Shown: positions 1 through 14,345, numbered from the stretch's first letter. The stretch is DNA of 64,000 nt from the human T2T-CHM13v2.0 reference genome, Homo sapiens (GCF_009914755.1 NC_060927.1), one strand, 5' to 3'. Notes: a model not told the origin generated them from the letters alone. Program-made: numbers and translations.

Positions 1-1960
1 TTTTTCCTTTTTTAACTTTTATTTTAGGTTCAGGGTGAACAAGTGCAGGTTTGTAACATGGCTAAATTACGTGTCAATAGGGTTTGGTGTACAAATGACT
101 TCATCACATATGTAATGAGCACAGTAACTGACAGGTAGTTTTTTAACCCTTACCCTCCTCCCACCTTCTGCCCTCCAGAAGGCATTGGTGTCTATTGTTC
201 TCCTCATTGTTTCCATGTATACTCAATGTTTAGCTCCCACTATAAATGAGAAGATACAGTATTTGGTTTTCTGTTCTTGTGTTAATTCCCTTAGGATGAT
301 GGCCTCCAACTGCATCCATGTTGCTATATAGGACATGATTCCCTTCTTTTTTAAGGCTGCATAGTATTCCAAGGAGTATATGTACCATATATTCTTTATC
401 CAGTACATCACTGATGGGCAACTAGGTTGATTTCATGTTGTTGCTATTGTGCTGCAATGAATATAGAAGTGTATGTATCTTTTTGGTAGAACAATTTACA
501 TTCCTTTTGGTATGTACCCAGTGATGGGACTTCTGGGTCAAATGCTAGTTCCGTTTTCAATTCTATTAGAATCTCCAAACTGCTTTCCATAGTGGATGAA
601 CTAATTGACATTCCCACCAGCAGTATATAAGCATTCCTTTTTCTCTGTAACTTCACCAACATCTATTATTTTCTGACATTTTAATAATAGCCATTCTGAC
701 TGCTATGAGATAGTATATCATTGTGGTTTTGATATGCATTTCTCTGATGATTACTGATGCTGACCCTGTTTTCTTATGCCTGTTGACCATGTTTATGTCT
801 TCTTTTAAAAAATGTCTATTCATAACCTTTGCCCATTTTTTAATGGGGTTGTTTTTCACTTGTTGATTTGTTTAAATTCCTTACAGATTCTGAATATTCG
901 ACCTTTGTCAGATGTGCAGTTTGTATATTTTCTCCTATTCTGTAGGTTGTCTATTTACTCTGTTGATAGTTTCTTTTACTCTGTAAAAGCTCTTTAGTTT
1001 AATTAGGTGCCACTTGTCTATTTTTGTTTTAGTTGCAATTGCTTTTGGAGACTTAATCACAAAATGTTTGCCAAGGCCTACATCCAGAATGGTTATGTCC
1101 TAGGTTTTCTTCTAGGGATTTTATAGTTTTAGGTCTTACATTTAAGTCTTTAATCCATTTTGAGTTGATTTTTGTATATGATGAAAGGACGGTGTACAGT
1201 TACAGTCTTCTGCATATGGCTAGCCAGTTATCCCTGCACCTTTTATTGAACAGGAAGTCTTTCCCCATTGCTTGGTATTGTTGACTTTGTTAAAAATCAG
1301 ATGGTTGTAAGTGTGCAGCTTTATTTCTATTCTGTTGTTCCATATGTCTGTTTTTGTACTAGAACCATGTTGTTTTAGTTACTGTGGCTTTATAATACAG
1401 TTTGAAGTCAGATAGTGTGACGCCTCTGGCTTTCTTCTTTTTGTTTAGGATCGCTTTGGCTATTTGCACTCCTTTTGTTCCATATGAATTTCAGAATCAT
1501 ATCTTTCTAATTCTGTGAAAAATGACATTGGTAGTTTGATAGGAATACCATTGAATCTGTACATTGCTTTGGGCAGTAGAGCCATTTTAATGGTATTGAT
1601 TCTTCCTATCCATGGGCATGGAATGTTTCTCCATGTTTTTATGTTATCTCTGATTTCTTTCAGCAGTGTTTTGTAATTCTCACTGTAGAAATCTTTCACC
1701 TCCGCAGTTAGCTGTATTCCTAGATATTTTGTTCTTTTTGTAGCTATTGTGAATGGTATTGCATTCTTGATTTGGTTCCTGGTTTGGCCATTACTGGTGT
1801 ATAGAAATGCTACTGATTGTTTTACACTGATTTTGTATCCTGAAACTTTACTGAAGTTGTTTATCAGTTCTAGGAGCCTTTGGGCAAAGACCATGGCAGT
1901 TTCTAGGTACAGAATCATATGATCTGTGAAGATAGTTTGACTTCCTCTCTTCCAATTTGG
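1..1960 (-). mobile_element. 5'-truncated L1 (L1PA15/16-like), 3' ~2 kb
   Basis: T-rich tail at the window start followed by an L1 3'UTR. ORF-track fragments 1460-2005, 653-859, 444-662 and 223-411 are decayed ORF2p RT/C-terminal peptides ([24 protein letters not shown]). Confidence 0.9.
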
Positions 1961-2405
1961 AGTACATAGAGTCATGTCTGCATATAGTAGGTACCCAATA
2001 AACATTGCCTAAAGAGGTTTTTTACTGTGTGCAAACTTATACTACATCCTTTAAGAAAATCTACATTACAAGCTTGAATTATGCTTCCACATCTCTGGAC
2101 ATATTTTGTTTCCCTGTATTTGACTACCTATAAATTCTGGATGATGATGTACCACAAGACTGATGAAGTTTACATACATCAATTTCTTTGACAAAAACAA
2201 TGCTTTATATTTTTAAGTTTCAATTATTTAAAAGCTTTTTTATCATTAGTGAATTTACATGGGAGATAGTTCCTTTGAATTTACAAATTTTGTCATTTTT
2301 GCATTTATCTATATTATTTCATTGTTCTGCTAATAATATAGATTACAAAATATAATTCTCTCGGCCACATACTATATTGGGAACCCTGCTATGTAGAAAT
2401 AACTG

Positions 2406-2473
2406 GATATGTTAAATTATTTTTAACATATCACAATGTTATTTAATATGTTAAATTATTTTTAACATATCAC
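2406..2473. repeat. Duplicated AT-rich palindrome (28-bp direct repeat, each copy a hairpin)
   Basis: ATATGTTAAATTATTTTTAACATATCAC occurs at 2407-2434 and 2446-2473; arms (G)ATATGTTAAA / TTTAACATAT(C). Confidence 0.9.
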
Positions 2474-2756
2474 CAAACCACAACACTAGAAAAGGTAGGT
2501 AAAACAGTCATATTTCAAAATTTTTGAACAGATAACTGTTGTTACATTTCAATTTAAAGCTAACTTGAATGGGGCCCCACGGAAAATGGGGATTCTTATA
2601 AATGAAAATTTCTAATATTTTTTAGAGAAGTTTTAAGGCATTTTTTAAAGGAGCAGCTGGCTATAAAGATGTTAAGGATTACCTATTGATTATGACTCCA
2701 AATGACCTGCTATATTTTAAACTCTCAGTTTCTTTAAGTTTTAGATATGAATTAGT

Positions 2757-2890
2757 AAACATCTATGATGTGTCAGGAACTTCATATATGCTGACAGAGG
2801 TGAATATTATGGTTTCATTATACAGGCCAGGAAACAGAAGCCCACAGAGTTTAAGCAATCTGTTCAAGGTTATAGCTCTATAACCTGGAA
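2757..2890 (-). mobile_element. MIR SINE fragment
   Basis: Reverse MIR core: GGAAACAGAAGCCCACAGAGTTTAAGCAATCTGTTCAAGGT. Confidence 0.65.
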
Positions 2891-3179
2891 ACTACAGTTC
2901 AAAAAACCAGCATCAGAGGCCAACTTAGTATTCTACAAAACAAACCCTACTGAAAATTACCTTCTATATAGTTGCTGCCTTCTCCTTCATACCCCATCAC
3001 CCTCCTGTTGCTTTCAAACTATCAAGCACACCTCACTACTATACCCTATAATGGGAAAGTAGGCTGTTCTGCTGTGTTCTTTTTCAAATTCCACTCGGTA
3101 AGGGTTTTGAAATATATTTATAGTTTGAAGAGAAATTACCCATGAACTAAAAAACCCAAAAAACATAATAGGTCATATG

Positions 3180-4304
3180 TTCCAGTTATGGATAACATGC
3201 AGTAAACTGATACCAACCTGTCTCTCCCACTAAATACAATTAACCTAAACAGAATGAATGAACAGCTATTTGAAGACCCTGGAAATTAAAAAGTAGAAAG
3301 AACATGAAACAGAAGACCAGAAAAAGTACAATCAAACCAGAGTAAGCTTCACATTTTTCTCTGGTATCCCTGGCCCAATACTGGTTCAAGGCATCCTGAA
3401 ACATAGTAGTAGACACTAGATGCAGAGACAGCTCCAGGAGAAGCCCTCTACTTCTGGCTTGAGCAGGGGAATGAGCATCCCTAAAGCTCAAAAACAGCTG
3501 GAAAATTCACAGTTTTTAAAAAATTTTTTTTATTTTCTCCATTCTGTCATGTCCCAGATCCTGGAAGTCTCACTGTGGAGAAAGCAGTAATTTTATCAGA
3601 GAAGGCCCACAGGTGTGGAAAACACTAAAGGAAAGAAATCTACCTCTTGACACAAGCAGCTGTGGCTCCAAAAGAATGGGGTACACCCTGTTCCCTTTTT
3701 TTTCTCTCTGCCTTCCTGTGACTTGGCCTTGAATGCAAATGAATTTGGGGGACACACAGAGATGAAAAGGGTAAATAAAACCTCATTTTTTTTCTGGCTG
3801 AAAAACAAAATAGGAGAGACCCAGAAAATGGGTAAGTAGCAAGGAGATCATGGAGAAGATGCAGCTTGGGATTGTCCCTATAAAGTTGTTTATGAACTCC
3901 TCAGCTAATCCAGGAGAAATGAATGCATGGATCTGATCCTAAGCATCTGATCCCAACAAAGACTTTAAAACTGATACAAAAGAGATGACTGCTCAGGTCT
4001 CAGACTGGCCAAGGGTTGTGCACACACTAAAGAGATCTAAATATCATGGCAAAGACTTTGAATATTAAACTAACTGACACTGAAATCATAACTCACAAAA
4101 GGCTGGCCAGAACTTTTGGCCTCAATCCAAGTGGATCAACTGCCTGCCAAAACAATAAGAAAATCAATTAGCTCCATGGCATTTCGGTAATACTCAGAAT
4201 CTCATAAAATAATATGCAAAATGACTACAACACAATATAGAATTATAGTTCAGAAAGAACCAGAAAAACCTCCACTGATGTGGAAAAAGAAAATCCAAAG
4301 ATGA
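3180..4304 (+). mobile_element. Ancient L1M 5' region (host of the nested insertions to ~11 kb)
   Basis: A-rich, L1M-like 5'UTR/pre-ORF1 sequence; it continues as ORF1-end/ORF2-start pieces at ~5410-6060 and 10499-11065. Confidence 0.5.
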
Positions 4305-4719
4305 TGATATGGTTCAGCTCTGTGTCCCCACCCAAATCTCATGTTGAAATGTCATCCTCAATGCTGGAGGTTGGGCCTGGTGGGAGGTGATTGGGTGATG
4401 GGGGTGCTTTCTAATGGTTTAGCACCATCTCCCTAGTGCTGTTCTTGTGATGAGTTCTCGTGACATCTAGTTGTTTAAAAGTGTATGGTACCTCTCCCAT
4501 CTCTCTTTTCCACCTGCTCCAGCCATGTGAAGTTCTGGCTCCCCATTTGCCTTCTGCCATGACTGTAAGTTTCCTGAGGCCTCCCCAGAAGACAAGCAGA
4601 TTGCCAGCATCATGCTTCCTGTACAGCTTGTGGAAGTGTGAACCAATTAAACTCTTTTTCTTTGTAAATTACCCAGTATCAGGTATTTTTTTACAGCAGT
4701 GCAAGAATGGACTAATACA
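4305..4719 (+). mobile_element. MSTA-like MaLR LTR (5' LTR)
   Basis: TGATATGG...CCCAAATCTCATG start and GGACTAATACA end; AATTAAA poly(A) signal. Confidence 0.9.
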
Positions 4720-5407
4720 GAAAATTGGTACCGAGGAGTGGGGCACTGCTATAAAGATACCTGAAAATGTGTAAGCAGCTTTGGAACTGGGTAACAGGCA
4801 GAGGTTGAAACAGCTTGGAGGGCTCAGAAGAAAAGAAGAAGATGAGGGAAATATTGAAACTTCCTAGAGACTTGTTAAATTGTTGTGACCAAATTGTTGA
4901 TAGTGATATGGACAATGAAGTCCAGGATGATGCAGTCTCAGAGGGAAATGACAGACTTCTTATTGGCAACTAGAGCAAAGGTACTTCTGTTCCTTAACAA
5001 AGCAATTGGCTGCACTGTGCCCCTGCCCTAGAGATCTGTGAGACTTTGAACTCAGGAATGATGATTTCGGGTAACTAGCAGAAGAAATTTCTAAGCAGTA
5101 AAACATCAAGATGTGGCCTGGCTGCTTCTAATAACCTGTGCTCATACGTGTGAGCAAAGAAATGACCTAAAACTGGAACTTATATTTAAAAGGGAAGCAG
5201 AGCATGAAAGTTTGGAAAATTTGCAGCCCAGCCATGTGGTAGAAAAAAAACCCATTTTCAGGGGAGGAATTCAAGCAATCTTGAGAAATTTCATAACTAG
5301 AAGGAAGGAAATTGCTACTAGCCAAGACAATGGGAAAAAATGCCTTGAAGGCATCTCAGAGACCTTTGAGGCAGCCCCTTCCATCATAGGACTGGAGGTT
5401 TAGGAGG
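4720..5407 (+). mobile_element. MST internal sequence, 3'-truncated
   Basis: GAAAATTGGTACC...GATACCTGAAAATGTG...CTTTGGAACTGGGTAA is the typical start of a MaLR internal region; no 3' LTR follows. Confidence 0.85.
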
Positions 5408-5577
5408 TCCCCCGAGTCATCAATAAAATCAAAATGAGATAAAGAACAACAGAAAGGAGAGCAAGCATGCAAAAATTCAAACATATCAATATTTACATTT
5501 AAAATCATGTACTAAGTGTATAAACAAAGAGACTGAGGTTAACAGAATAGTTAAATGCATATTTTTTTAAATGACTC

Positions 5578-5931
5578 TGATATTGTTTGGCTGTGTCCCC
5601 ACCGAAATTTCATCTTGAATTCCCAGGTGTTGTGGGAGGGACCCAGTGGGAGGTAACTGAATCGTGGGGGCAGGTCTTTTCTGTGCTGCTTTTCTGATAA
5701 TGAGTAAGTCTTATGAGATTTGATGGTTTCATAAGGGGAAGTTTCCCTGCACAAGCTCTTCTCTTGGCCTGCCACCATCCACATAAGATGTGACTTGCTC
5801 CTCCTTGCCTTCACCATGATTGTGAGGTCTCCCCAGTCATGTGGAACTGTAAGACCGTTAAACCGCTTTCTTTTGTAAATTGCCCCATCTCAGGTATGTC
5901 TTTATCAGCAGCGTGAAAATGGACTAATACA
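5578..5931 (+). mobile_element. THE1B-like solo LTR
   Basis: TG...CA termini; perfect 5-bp TSD GACTC (5573-5577 / 5932-5936). Confidence 0.93.
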
Positions 5932-8748
5932 GACTCAATTACATGCTCTCTAAAAGAAACTAACTTCAAATGAAATGATAAGGTAGAGAAAGATGAAAGA
6001 GAAAAGGGTTAAAGAAGAAAGGATAAGAAAGATATACCATGTATACACTAATAAGAAGAAAGAATGTAAGACATATAGAAAACAAGTAGTAAAACATCTG
6101 ATATAGTTCCTACCTTACCAGTAATTACCTTAAATGTAAATGGATTAAACAATCCAATCAAAAGGTAGAGACTGGCAGAATGGATTAAAAAAAGAAAAGA
6201 AAAAAAAGAGAGAAAACATGATCCAACTATATGTCATATACAAGAGACACAATTTATAAAGACAAACAGGTCGAAAAAGGAAAGAGGTGTACTTTGTGTT
6301 AACCAAAGAAGAGCTGCAGTGGCTATACTAATCTTATACAAATAAAACTTTAAGACAAAAACTATTACTGAAGACTAAGAAGAATATTTCATAAAGAGAA
6401 GAAAAAATTAATCTATCAGGAAGATATAACAATTACATACTTATGTGCACATCACAATACAGCCTGAAAATACACAATCAAAAACTGATGAAATTGATGG
6501 GAAATACACATACATTATGAACCAATTAGATCTATAATTATCTATGTAACACTGTAACTGACAATAGCAGAATACCTGATTTTCAAGTGCATATGAAACA
6601 TTCTCCAAGATATAACATTCATTAGGCTATAACATGAGCCTCAATAAATTTTTAAAAACTGAAATCATATAAAATATTATCTGAACACAATGGAAAACTA
6701 AATTATAAATCAACAATAGAAAAAAGTTGAGGAAATTCAAGATATGTGGATATTAAACAAGTCTCTTTAATAAGCAATGGGTTGGCAAAAAAATCACAAT
6801 GAAAATTCACAATGAAAAGACAAAAGGCCACAAACTTATGAAGTACAGCCAAAGCAATGTTTTGAGGCAAATTTATAGTTGTAAATAAAAATAATTTTAA
6901 AGAATAAAGCTCTTAAATAAATAACATAATCTTTCTCTGTAAAATATGTCTTAAAGAGCAAATTAAAACCAAAGCAAGAAAAAGGAAAGAAATAAAGATT
7001 AGAGTAGGAATAAATAAAATAGAGAATAAAAAAGAAAATCAAAAAAGCTAAAAATTGTTGCTTTGAAAAGATCAAAACTGACAAACTTTTGGATACATTA
7101 ATAAAGAAAAAGAGAAAAGATTCAAATTACCAAAATAATGAATGAAAAGAGCCATATTAATACTAACCTTACATTGAAAAGAAAAAAGGATTATAGGGGA
7201 ATACTACAAACTACCATATGCCAATTAGATACAGTAGATGAAATGGACAAATTCCTAGAAGACAGACACTACCAAAACTGACTCAAGAAGAAACAGGAAA
7301 CCTGAATAGAACTGTAATAAGAGGCTAAATTAGTAACCAAAAAAACTTCCCACAAAAAAAAAAACCCAGGTACAGATGATTTACTTGTGCATTCTACCAA
7401 ATACTTAATAAGGAATGAATATCAACCCTTCGCAAACTCTTCTAAAACTTATTTTATTTCAGTATGACCCTTATATCAAAATTAGGTAAAGACAACACAA
7501 CAAAACTACACTAATAACCATGAAGAATACTGACACAAAAATTCTCAACAAAATACTTGAAAACTGAATCCACAATATACCACAATACACCATGACCAAG
7601 TGGGATTTATTGTAGTAATAAAATGGTTTATCAAACAAAAAAAACCTCAATCAATGAATATATCATGGTAATAAAATAAAGGACAAAAACTATGTAATCT
7701 CAATAGATGACAGAAAAAATATTCAAAAGAATCCACTACTCTTTATTGATAAAAACAATAAATACTCAACAATCTAGAAATATAGAACTTTCTTGATCTC
7801 GTAAGAAACTTGTGAAGCACTCCACAGCTAATGTCATACTCAACAGAGAAAGACTAAATGCTTTCCCTTAAGACCAAAACAAGACAAGAGTATGTACTGT
7901 TACTATTTCTTTTCAACATTGTACTGGATGTTCTACCCAGAGTGATTAGGTTAGAAAAAAGAAATAAAGCCATCTGAAATAGAAATAATGTGACATTTTT
8001 AAAGTCATATCAAAGTTTCTAAGGAATTCATTAAAAAGGAAGCATAAACAAGTTCATCAATGCAGCAGGATACAAGACCATTATACAAAGATCAATTGTA
8101 TTTCTATACCCTGGCAATGAACAATGCAGGAAATCAATTACATTTATAATAGTACCAAAAATAATAAAACACCTAGAAATAAATTTAATTAAAAAGTGCA
8201 AGGCTTGTACACTGAAAACCATGAAATGTTGAAAGAATTAAAGAAGATCTAAATAAAAGATATCCCAAGTTCATCTTAATATTGTTAAAATAGCAATACT
8301 CCCCAAATTTATCTACAGATGAAACAAAATCACTATCAAAATACAAGTTGCCTTTTTCCAGAAACTAACAAGCTGAATACAAAGTTCTTATAGAAATAAA
8401 AGGGTCCCATAAAGGCCAAAACAATCTTGGAAGCAAATGAAAAATGGAAAACTCAGACTTCCTGCTTTCAAAACTTACTACAAATGTACTGCAATCAAAA
8501 CAGTATGGCATTGGTCCAAAGAATAGACATATAGACCAAAGGAACAGAAATGAGAATCCAGAAACAAATCTTTGCATTTATGGGTAATTGATTTTTGACA
8601 AGGATACCAACAGGGGAAGGAAATGTATTTTCAACAAATAGTGCTGAGACAATTGTACATCCACATACAAAAAAAAAAAAAAAAAACTTGGACCCCTACA
8701 ATACCCAATACAAATAATTAATCAAAGTATATTATAAACTTAAATGCA

Positions 8749-9049
<301 letters not shown>

Positions 9050-9474
9050 ACTTAAATGCAAAAGATAAAGCTAATAAATGTTAGAAGAAAACGCAGGAGT
9101 AAATCTTCATGACATTGGGTTAGGCAATGGTTTCATTGATATGACATCAATAGTAAAAGCAACAAAAATAAATAAATAAATAAATTGGACTCATAAAAAT
9201 TTAAAAGGTTTGTAATTCAAAGGACATCATCAAGAAAATGAAAACAGAACCCACAGAATGAGATAAAATATTTTCAAACCATTTATCTGAGAGACTTTTG
9301 TCCAAAATAAAGAATACTCCAACTCAAAAATAAAGACATCTCAATTGAAAAATGGCCAAAGAATTTGCACATTTCTCCAAAGAAGATATATGAATAGCCA
9401 ATAAGCACATAAAAATATTCTCAATATCACTGATCATTAAAAAAAATGCGGATCAAAACTAATTAAGGCATTAA

Positions 9475-9760
9475 GGCCGGTCATAGTGGCTCATGCCTGT
9501 AATCTCAACACTTTGGGAGGCCAAGGTGGGAGGATTCCTTAAGGTTAGGAGTTAGAAACCCGGGTAACATCATGAGACCCCGTCTCTACGAAAAAATAAA
9601 CATTAGCTGAGCAAGGTGGCATGTACCCGTAGTCCCAGCTACAGGAGAGGCTGATGTGGGAGGATTTCTTGAGACCAGGAGTTCGAGGCTGCACTGAGCT
9701 ATGACTGTGTCTGCATACTGGCCTGGGTGACAGAGCAAGATCCTGTCTCTTGAAAAATAA
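9475..9760 (+). mobile_element. AluJ SINE
   Basis: Diverged Alu dimer with J-type right arm (GAGTTCGAGGCTGCACTGAGCTATGA). Confidence 0.9.
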
Positions 9761-10498
9761 CAACAAAACTACAATTAGATACTCTTCACACCTAGTAAGA
9801 TGACTATAATAAAAAATATAACAACACGTTTTAGGAGAGATATGTAGATATCGAAACCTTCCATATGTCGCTGAGGAATGTAAAATGTTAAAGCTGCTTT
9901 GAAAATCAGTCTGGCAGTTCCTCAAAAGATTAAACATAGAGTTTCATTATGGTTAATACAGTTAACCATGTCCTCTAGTAATTTCTTTCTAGGTATATAC
10001 CTAAGAGAAATGAAAATAAATGCCTTCACAAAAACATGTTCATAATAGCATTACACATAATAGCCAACAAATAGAAACAATTCAAATATCCATCAATCGG
10101 TAAACTGATCAATTTTTAAATATCCCTACAATGAAATATGACTCAGCCATACAAAGTAATTTTGTATGGCTATACATGCTACATCCTGGATGAACCTTGA
10201 AAACATTACACTACTAGAAAGAAGTCAGTCACCAAAAAAACCATATAGTACATGATTCTACTGATGTGAACTATCCAGAATAGGCAAGTTTATAAAGGCA
10301 TAAAGTAGATTTGTGGCTTCAAGAAGATGGGAAATGACTGTTATTGGGCATGGGTTTCTTTTTGGAATTATGAAATTATTCTAACATTAGATTGTGGTGA
10401 TAGCTTCACAACTCTGAATATACTAAAAATCACTCAACTGTACACTTTGAATGGGTGAATTTTATGGTATGTGAATTATGTCTCAACAAAGTCATTAC

Positions 10499-11065
10499 AG
10501 AGAAAAAGAAAGCTGGAGTGGTTATACTAATATCTCACAAGTAGATTTCAGAGCAAAGAAAATTACCAGAGATAAGAAGGGCTATCACTTAAAAGTAAGA
10601 GACAATTTCTTAACAAGATACAGCAATCCTAAGCATGACTGATCCTAACAATGGAGCTTCAAAATACATGAAGGAAAAACTGGCAAAATTGAAAAAAATA
10701 AAGAGAAATCCACAGTTACAGTTGAGGACTTTTACACTCCATTCTTAGTAATCTACAAGAACAAGCAGAGGAAAAATCAGCAATGATATTGGCACAACTA
10801 GACAGCATCATCAACCAACACTGACATTTGTAGGACACCCACCCAACAGCATTAGAATAACCATTATTTTCAACGTACGGAACATTCACCCAGACAGACC
10901 ACATTCTGGCTCATAAAACAAATCTTAAAATATTACAAAAAAATTAAAATAATACAGCTTGTTCTCCGACCATAATGTAATGAGCTAGGAATTACTAACC
11001 GCAAGATAACAGGAAATTCTCTAACCACATAAAAATAAAACAACACATTTCTACGTAATCTAAAT
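10499..11065 (+). mobile_element. Older L1 ORF2 endonuclease fragment (continuation of 5410-6060)
   Basis: AAGAAAGCTGGAGTGGTTATACTAATATC...GTAGATTTCAGAGC; GGAACATTCACCCAGACAGACCAC. Confidence 0.75.
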
Positions 11066-11072
11066 CATAACC

Positions 11073-11455
11073 TGATAAATTAAATTGGGCCTAAAGCTGC
11101 CTCTGTAAATAGCAGACTGCAACTTGATTTGAGGTTGTATTCTTGTAACAAGTAGCTGAGTCTCAGCCAATGACGGTAGTGGAGCTTCAGCCAATCACGG
11201 GCTGTCAACTGATCAGACCATGTCCGTTGAAGGCAAATGCCTCATCACACCATGACCAAATAAAGCAAATACCAGGCTGGATCCAATCAACTGATTTATG
11301 TACGTCACTTCTTTCCTCTGTTTATGAATACTGCCTGCCCATGTTGCTCGGTGGAGCTCTCTGAAACTCTTCTGGTTCTGAGGGCTGCCTGATTCATGAA
11401 TCGTTTTTCGCTCAGATAAACTCTGCTGAATTTGCCTAAAGTTTTTCTTTTAAGA
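11073..11455 (+). mobile_element. MER57-like ERV1 LTR
   Basis: TG start, GCCTAAAGCTGCCTC motif, repeated CCAAT boxes (AGCCAATGAC, AGCCAATCAC), ending AAAGTTTTTCTTTTAA. Confidence 0.75.
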
Positions 11456-12500
11456 GTTTCACATGAGAAGTCAGATCTTGAAGCAAACTTCCAGTGATCC
11501 CAGGAGCACTGAGTGACCAAGTTAAGGTACCCAGCATGCCCAGTGTACTCACTGCTCTTTCGCAGCAACTGGGGTCATGGGTGAGATTTTTGAATCTAAG
11601 CTTCATGAACTTCTGATTTGAGCTGAGTTTGAGCATTTTTGATCTACACTGGGTTTCAAAGTCATGCCAAAAACAGGACTGGGCCCAGTAGGGAGGCCTC
11701 AGGTATTTGACTGGGTCAGACATAAACTCAACTCAGTTAGTAGGTAGGAAAGGTTAATAAAAGACATAGAATCATGGGTTTATCTGGTCAAAGGTTGCTA
11801 GAGCTTCGCCCTCTGGAATTCTAGCCAACTTCATGTATAAAAACCAGAGACCCAGAACCTGTGCTTTTCGAGACGAATGGGAGAACCTTAGCAAAAGTAA
11901 CTTAGAATGGCTACAGTGGGAAAATTCCTTACGAAAGGCAAACAGGTTTATGTCTTTACAGTTGTAAAGGCTACAGGGCCCAAGAGGATCCCAAAATAAA
12001 GAACCCTATGCCCCAAGATGTCTGCCTTTATGGTAAACACTCATGCAACTGGAAAATACATTGTCCACTTTTATATTAGCCATCTAATGGATCCACTACC
12101 TTTTGTCTGAACTATTTCTCCACCAGAGAAAGCCCCCAAAGGCTTTAATCCCAAAACAGTAACCCATCAATCTCTCAGGGAGGAAAAACAAATTCTGTGG
12201 TGGGGGTTTCAAATCAAACCTGGAAAGTTCCTAATTGACACTTGGACCATTTTCAGAAAAAAAATTTGTAAGAATTAGTTCTGTTATCTGTATTTCATCC
12301 TGCTTCTTCCATGGGGATCTCTCAATTGACTGAAACCCCTCTTCTCAAACTCCTGCTAACAATATGCTCTACCAACTGTATACATCTTTTTTTTTATTAT
12401 ACTTTAAGTTTTAGGGTACATGTGCACAACATGCAGGTTTGTTACATATATACATCTCTTTCTTATCATCATGATCCTGACTATGCTCCAAAACTCTTGA
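11456..12500 (+). mobile_element. ERV1 (MER57-int-like) leader/gag remnant
   Basis: Directly follows the LTR; decayed ERV leader- and gag-like sequence with no open frame. Confidence 0.55.
12388..12448 (-). mobile_element. Extremely 5'-truncated young L1PA (~60 bp)
   Basis: TTTTTATTATACTTTAAGTTTTAGGGTACATGTGCACAACATGCAGGTTTGTTACA is the L1PA 3' terminus; TSD TATACATCT (12379-12387 / 12449-12457). Confidence 0.9.
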
Positions 12501-12645
12501 AAAACAAAAAAATAGAAAGCAAAACAAAAACTGTGTTGTCATTTATTCTTGAAAACAAAGAAATGAACAAAAAGGATGAACCAATCTCTAACTTTAAGAC
12601 AAGATTATAATATTCATGCAGAGTTCGGGCACATAAAATGCTGTA

Positions 12646-13484
12646 TAGACTAAGCATCCCTAATCCAAAAGTCCAAAATCTGAAATGCTCAAAAATCCAA
12701 AACTTTCAGCACCAACATGATGTCACAAGTGAAAGATGATGAGGACACTGTTAAAACTGCAAAGTGCCTATAAATGACATGGTGAAAATATGTGATGGGT
12801 TTACTGAAGGACTCTAAGAGCATTCATTCATCACAGAATAAGAAATTGTGTCAGTCTGTAAAATCAACAGAGACTTCTAAGACAAAAACCATTGTTAATG
12901 AGACAGCGGACTCCAGAGGAAACATTCTGAAAAGTCATCCATCAGAATGCTTCCTCATTTGTAGAGAAAACACTTGCTGGTCACTTGGCTACTTCTGATA
13001 TTTCTTCTCACTTAAAATAATAAAATTCAGTGAATGATAACCTTGTAATCAAAATACAGCATTGTAGGTAAAGAATGAAAGCCTGCCATTGCTTATTGGT
13101 GGCTTTCCGACACAGGCATTCTGGAGATACTACTGTGCTGCTTAGTTACCCTGAACGCATTCTCTTTTCACTGTACTAATGATACATCCTATTTTTTACT
13201 GTTAAGCACTTATTTGTGAGTAATGTAAGAAAATGATTACTTATCAGTAGCATAATGAATTTAGAGTCAGGAATGATGGTGACGTCAAATAACCACAGAT
13301 TGTCCACATGGGTGATTGAGATACTGATACCTTTGCTTTCTGATGGTTCAACGTATGTAAACGTTTCATACACAACATTATCAAAAATATTGTATAAAAT
13401 TATCTTCAGGCTATATGTTTAAAACATAATGGAACATGAATTTCATGTTTACTTGGGTCCCATTCTCAAGATACCTCATTATGT
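12646..13484 (+). mobile_element. Tigger4 (Zombi)-like DNA transposon
   Basis: AGCATCCCTAATCCAAAAGTCCAAAATCTGAAATGCTC terminal motif after TA; ends at GGGTCCCATTCTCAAGATACCTCATTATGTA. Confidence 0.75.
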
Positions 13485-14345
13485 ACATGCATGCCTTGTT
13501 TTACTGTGCTTTGCTATACTGTGATTCACAGATACTCCATTTTTTTAAACAAATTGAGGGTTTGTGGCATCCTTGTATCAAGGAGTCTATCAGTGCCATT
13601 TTGCAGAACAGCAACTTCTCAGTTTGTCTCTTTGTCACATTTTGGTAATTCTCACAATATTTCAGACTTTTTCATAACAATCTGTTATGGTGATCTATGA
13701 TCAGTGATCTTTGATGTTACTATTATAATTATTTTGGGACCCCATGAACCATGCCTATATAAGATGGTGAACTTAGTAAGTGTTGTTGTGACTGCTCCAC
13801 AGAGCAACTATTCTCCCATCTCTCCCCTTATTCTAGGACCTCCCTATTCCCTGAGACAAAACAATATTGAAATTAGGCCAATTAATAAGCCTACAAATGC
13901 CTCTAAATATTCAAGTGAAAAGAAGGTTCGTGCATCTCTCACTTTAAGTCAAAAAGCTGGAAAAGATTAAGCTTAATGAGGAAGGCATGCTGAAAGCAAA
14001 GACAGGCCAAAAGCTAGGCCTAGATTCCTCTGATGAATCTAGGCAACGTAAATTGAAAACTTTCTAAAAAGGATTCACCATTTTAGATACCACTGAGAAC
14101 TTTTGTTATTCATGGGAGGAAGTCAAAATATAAATATTAACAGGAGCTTGGAAGAAGTTGATTCCAACCCTCCTGGATGATTTTGTGTGGTTCAAGACTT
14201 CATTGGATGAAGTACCTGCAGATGTGAGAGAATAGCAAGAGAACTAAGAGTTAGAAGTGAAGCATGAAGATGTTACCGAATTGTTGCAGTCTCATGATAA
14301 AGCTTAAAAGGATCATTGCTTCTATGGATAAGGAAAGAAAATGGA
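13485..14345 (+). mobile_element. Tigger1 fragment inserted at a TA within Tigger4
   Basis: Tigger1 5' end (TTTTTTAAACAAATTGAGGGTTTGTGGCA) and transposase pieces (GAAATTAGGCCAATTAATAAGCCTAC, GAGGAAGGCATGCTGAAAGC). Confidence 0.85.
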
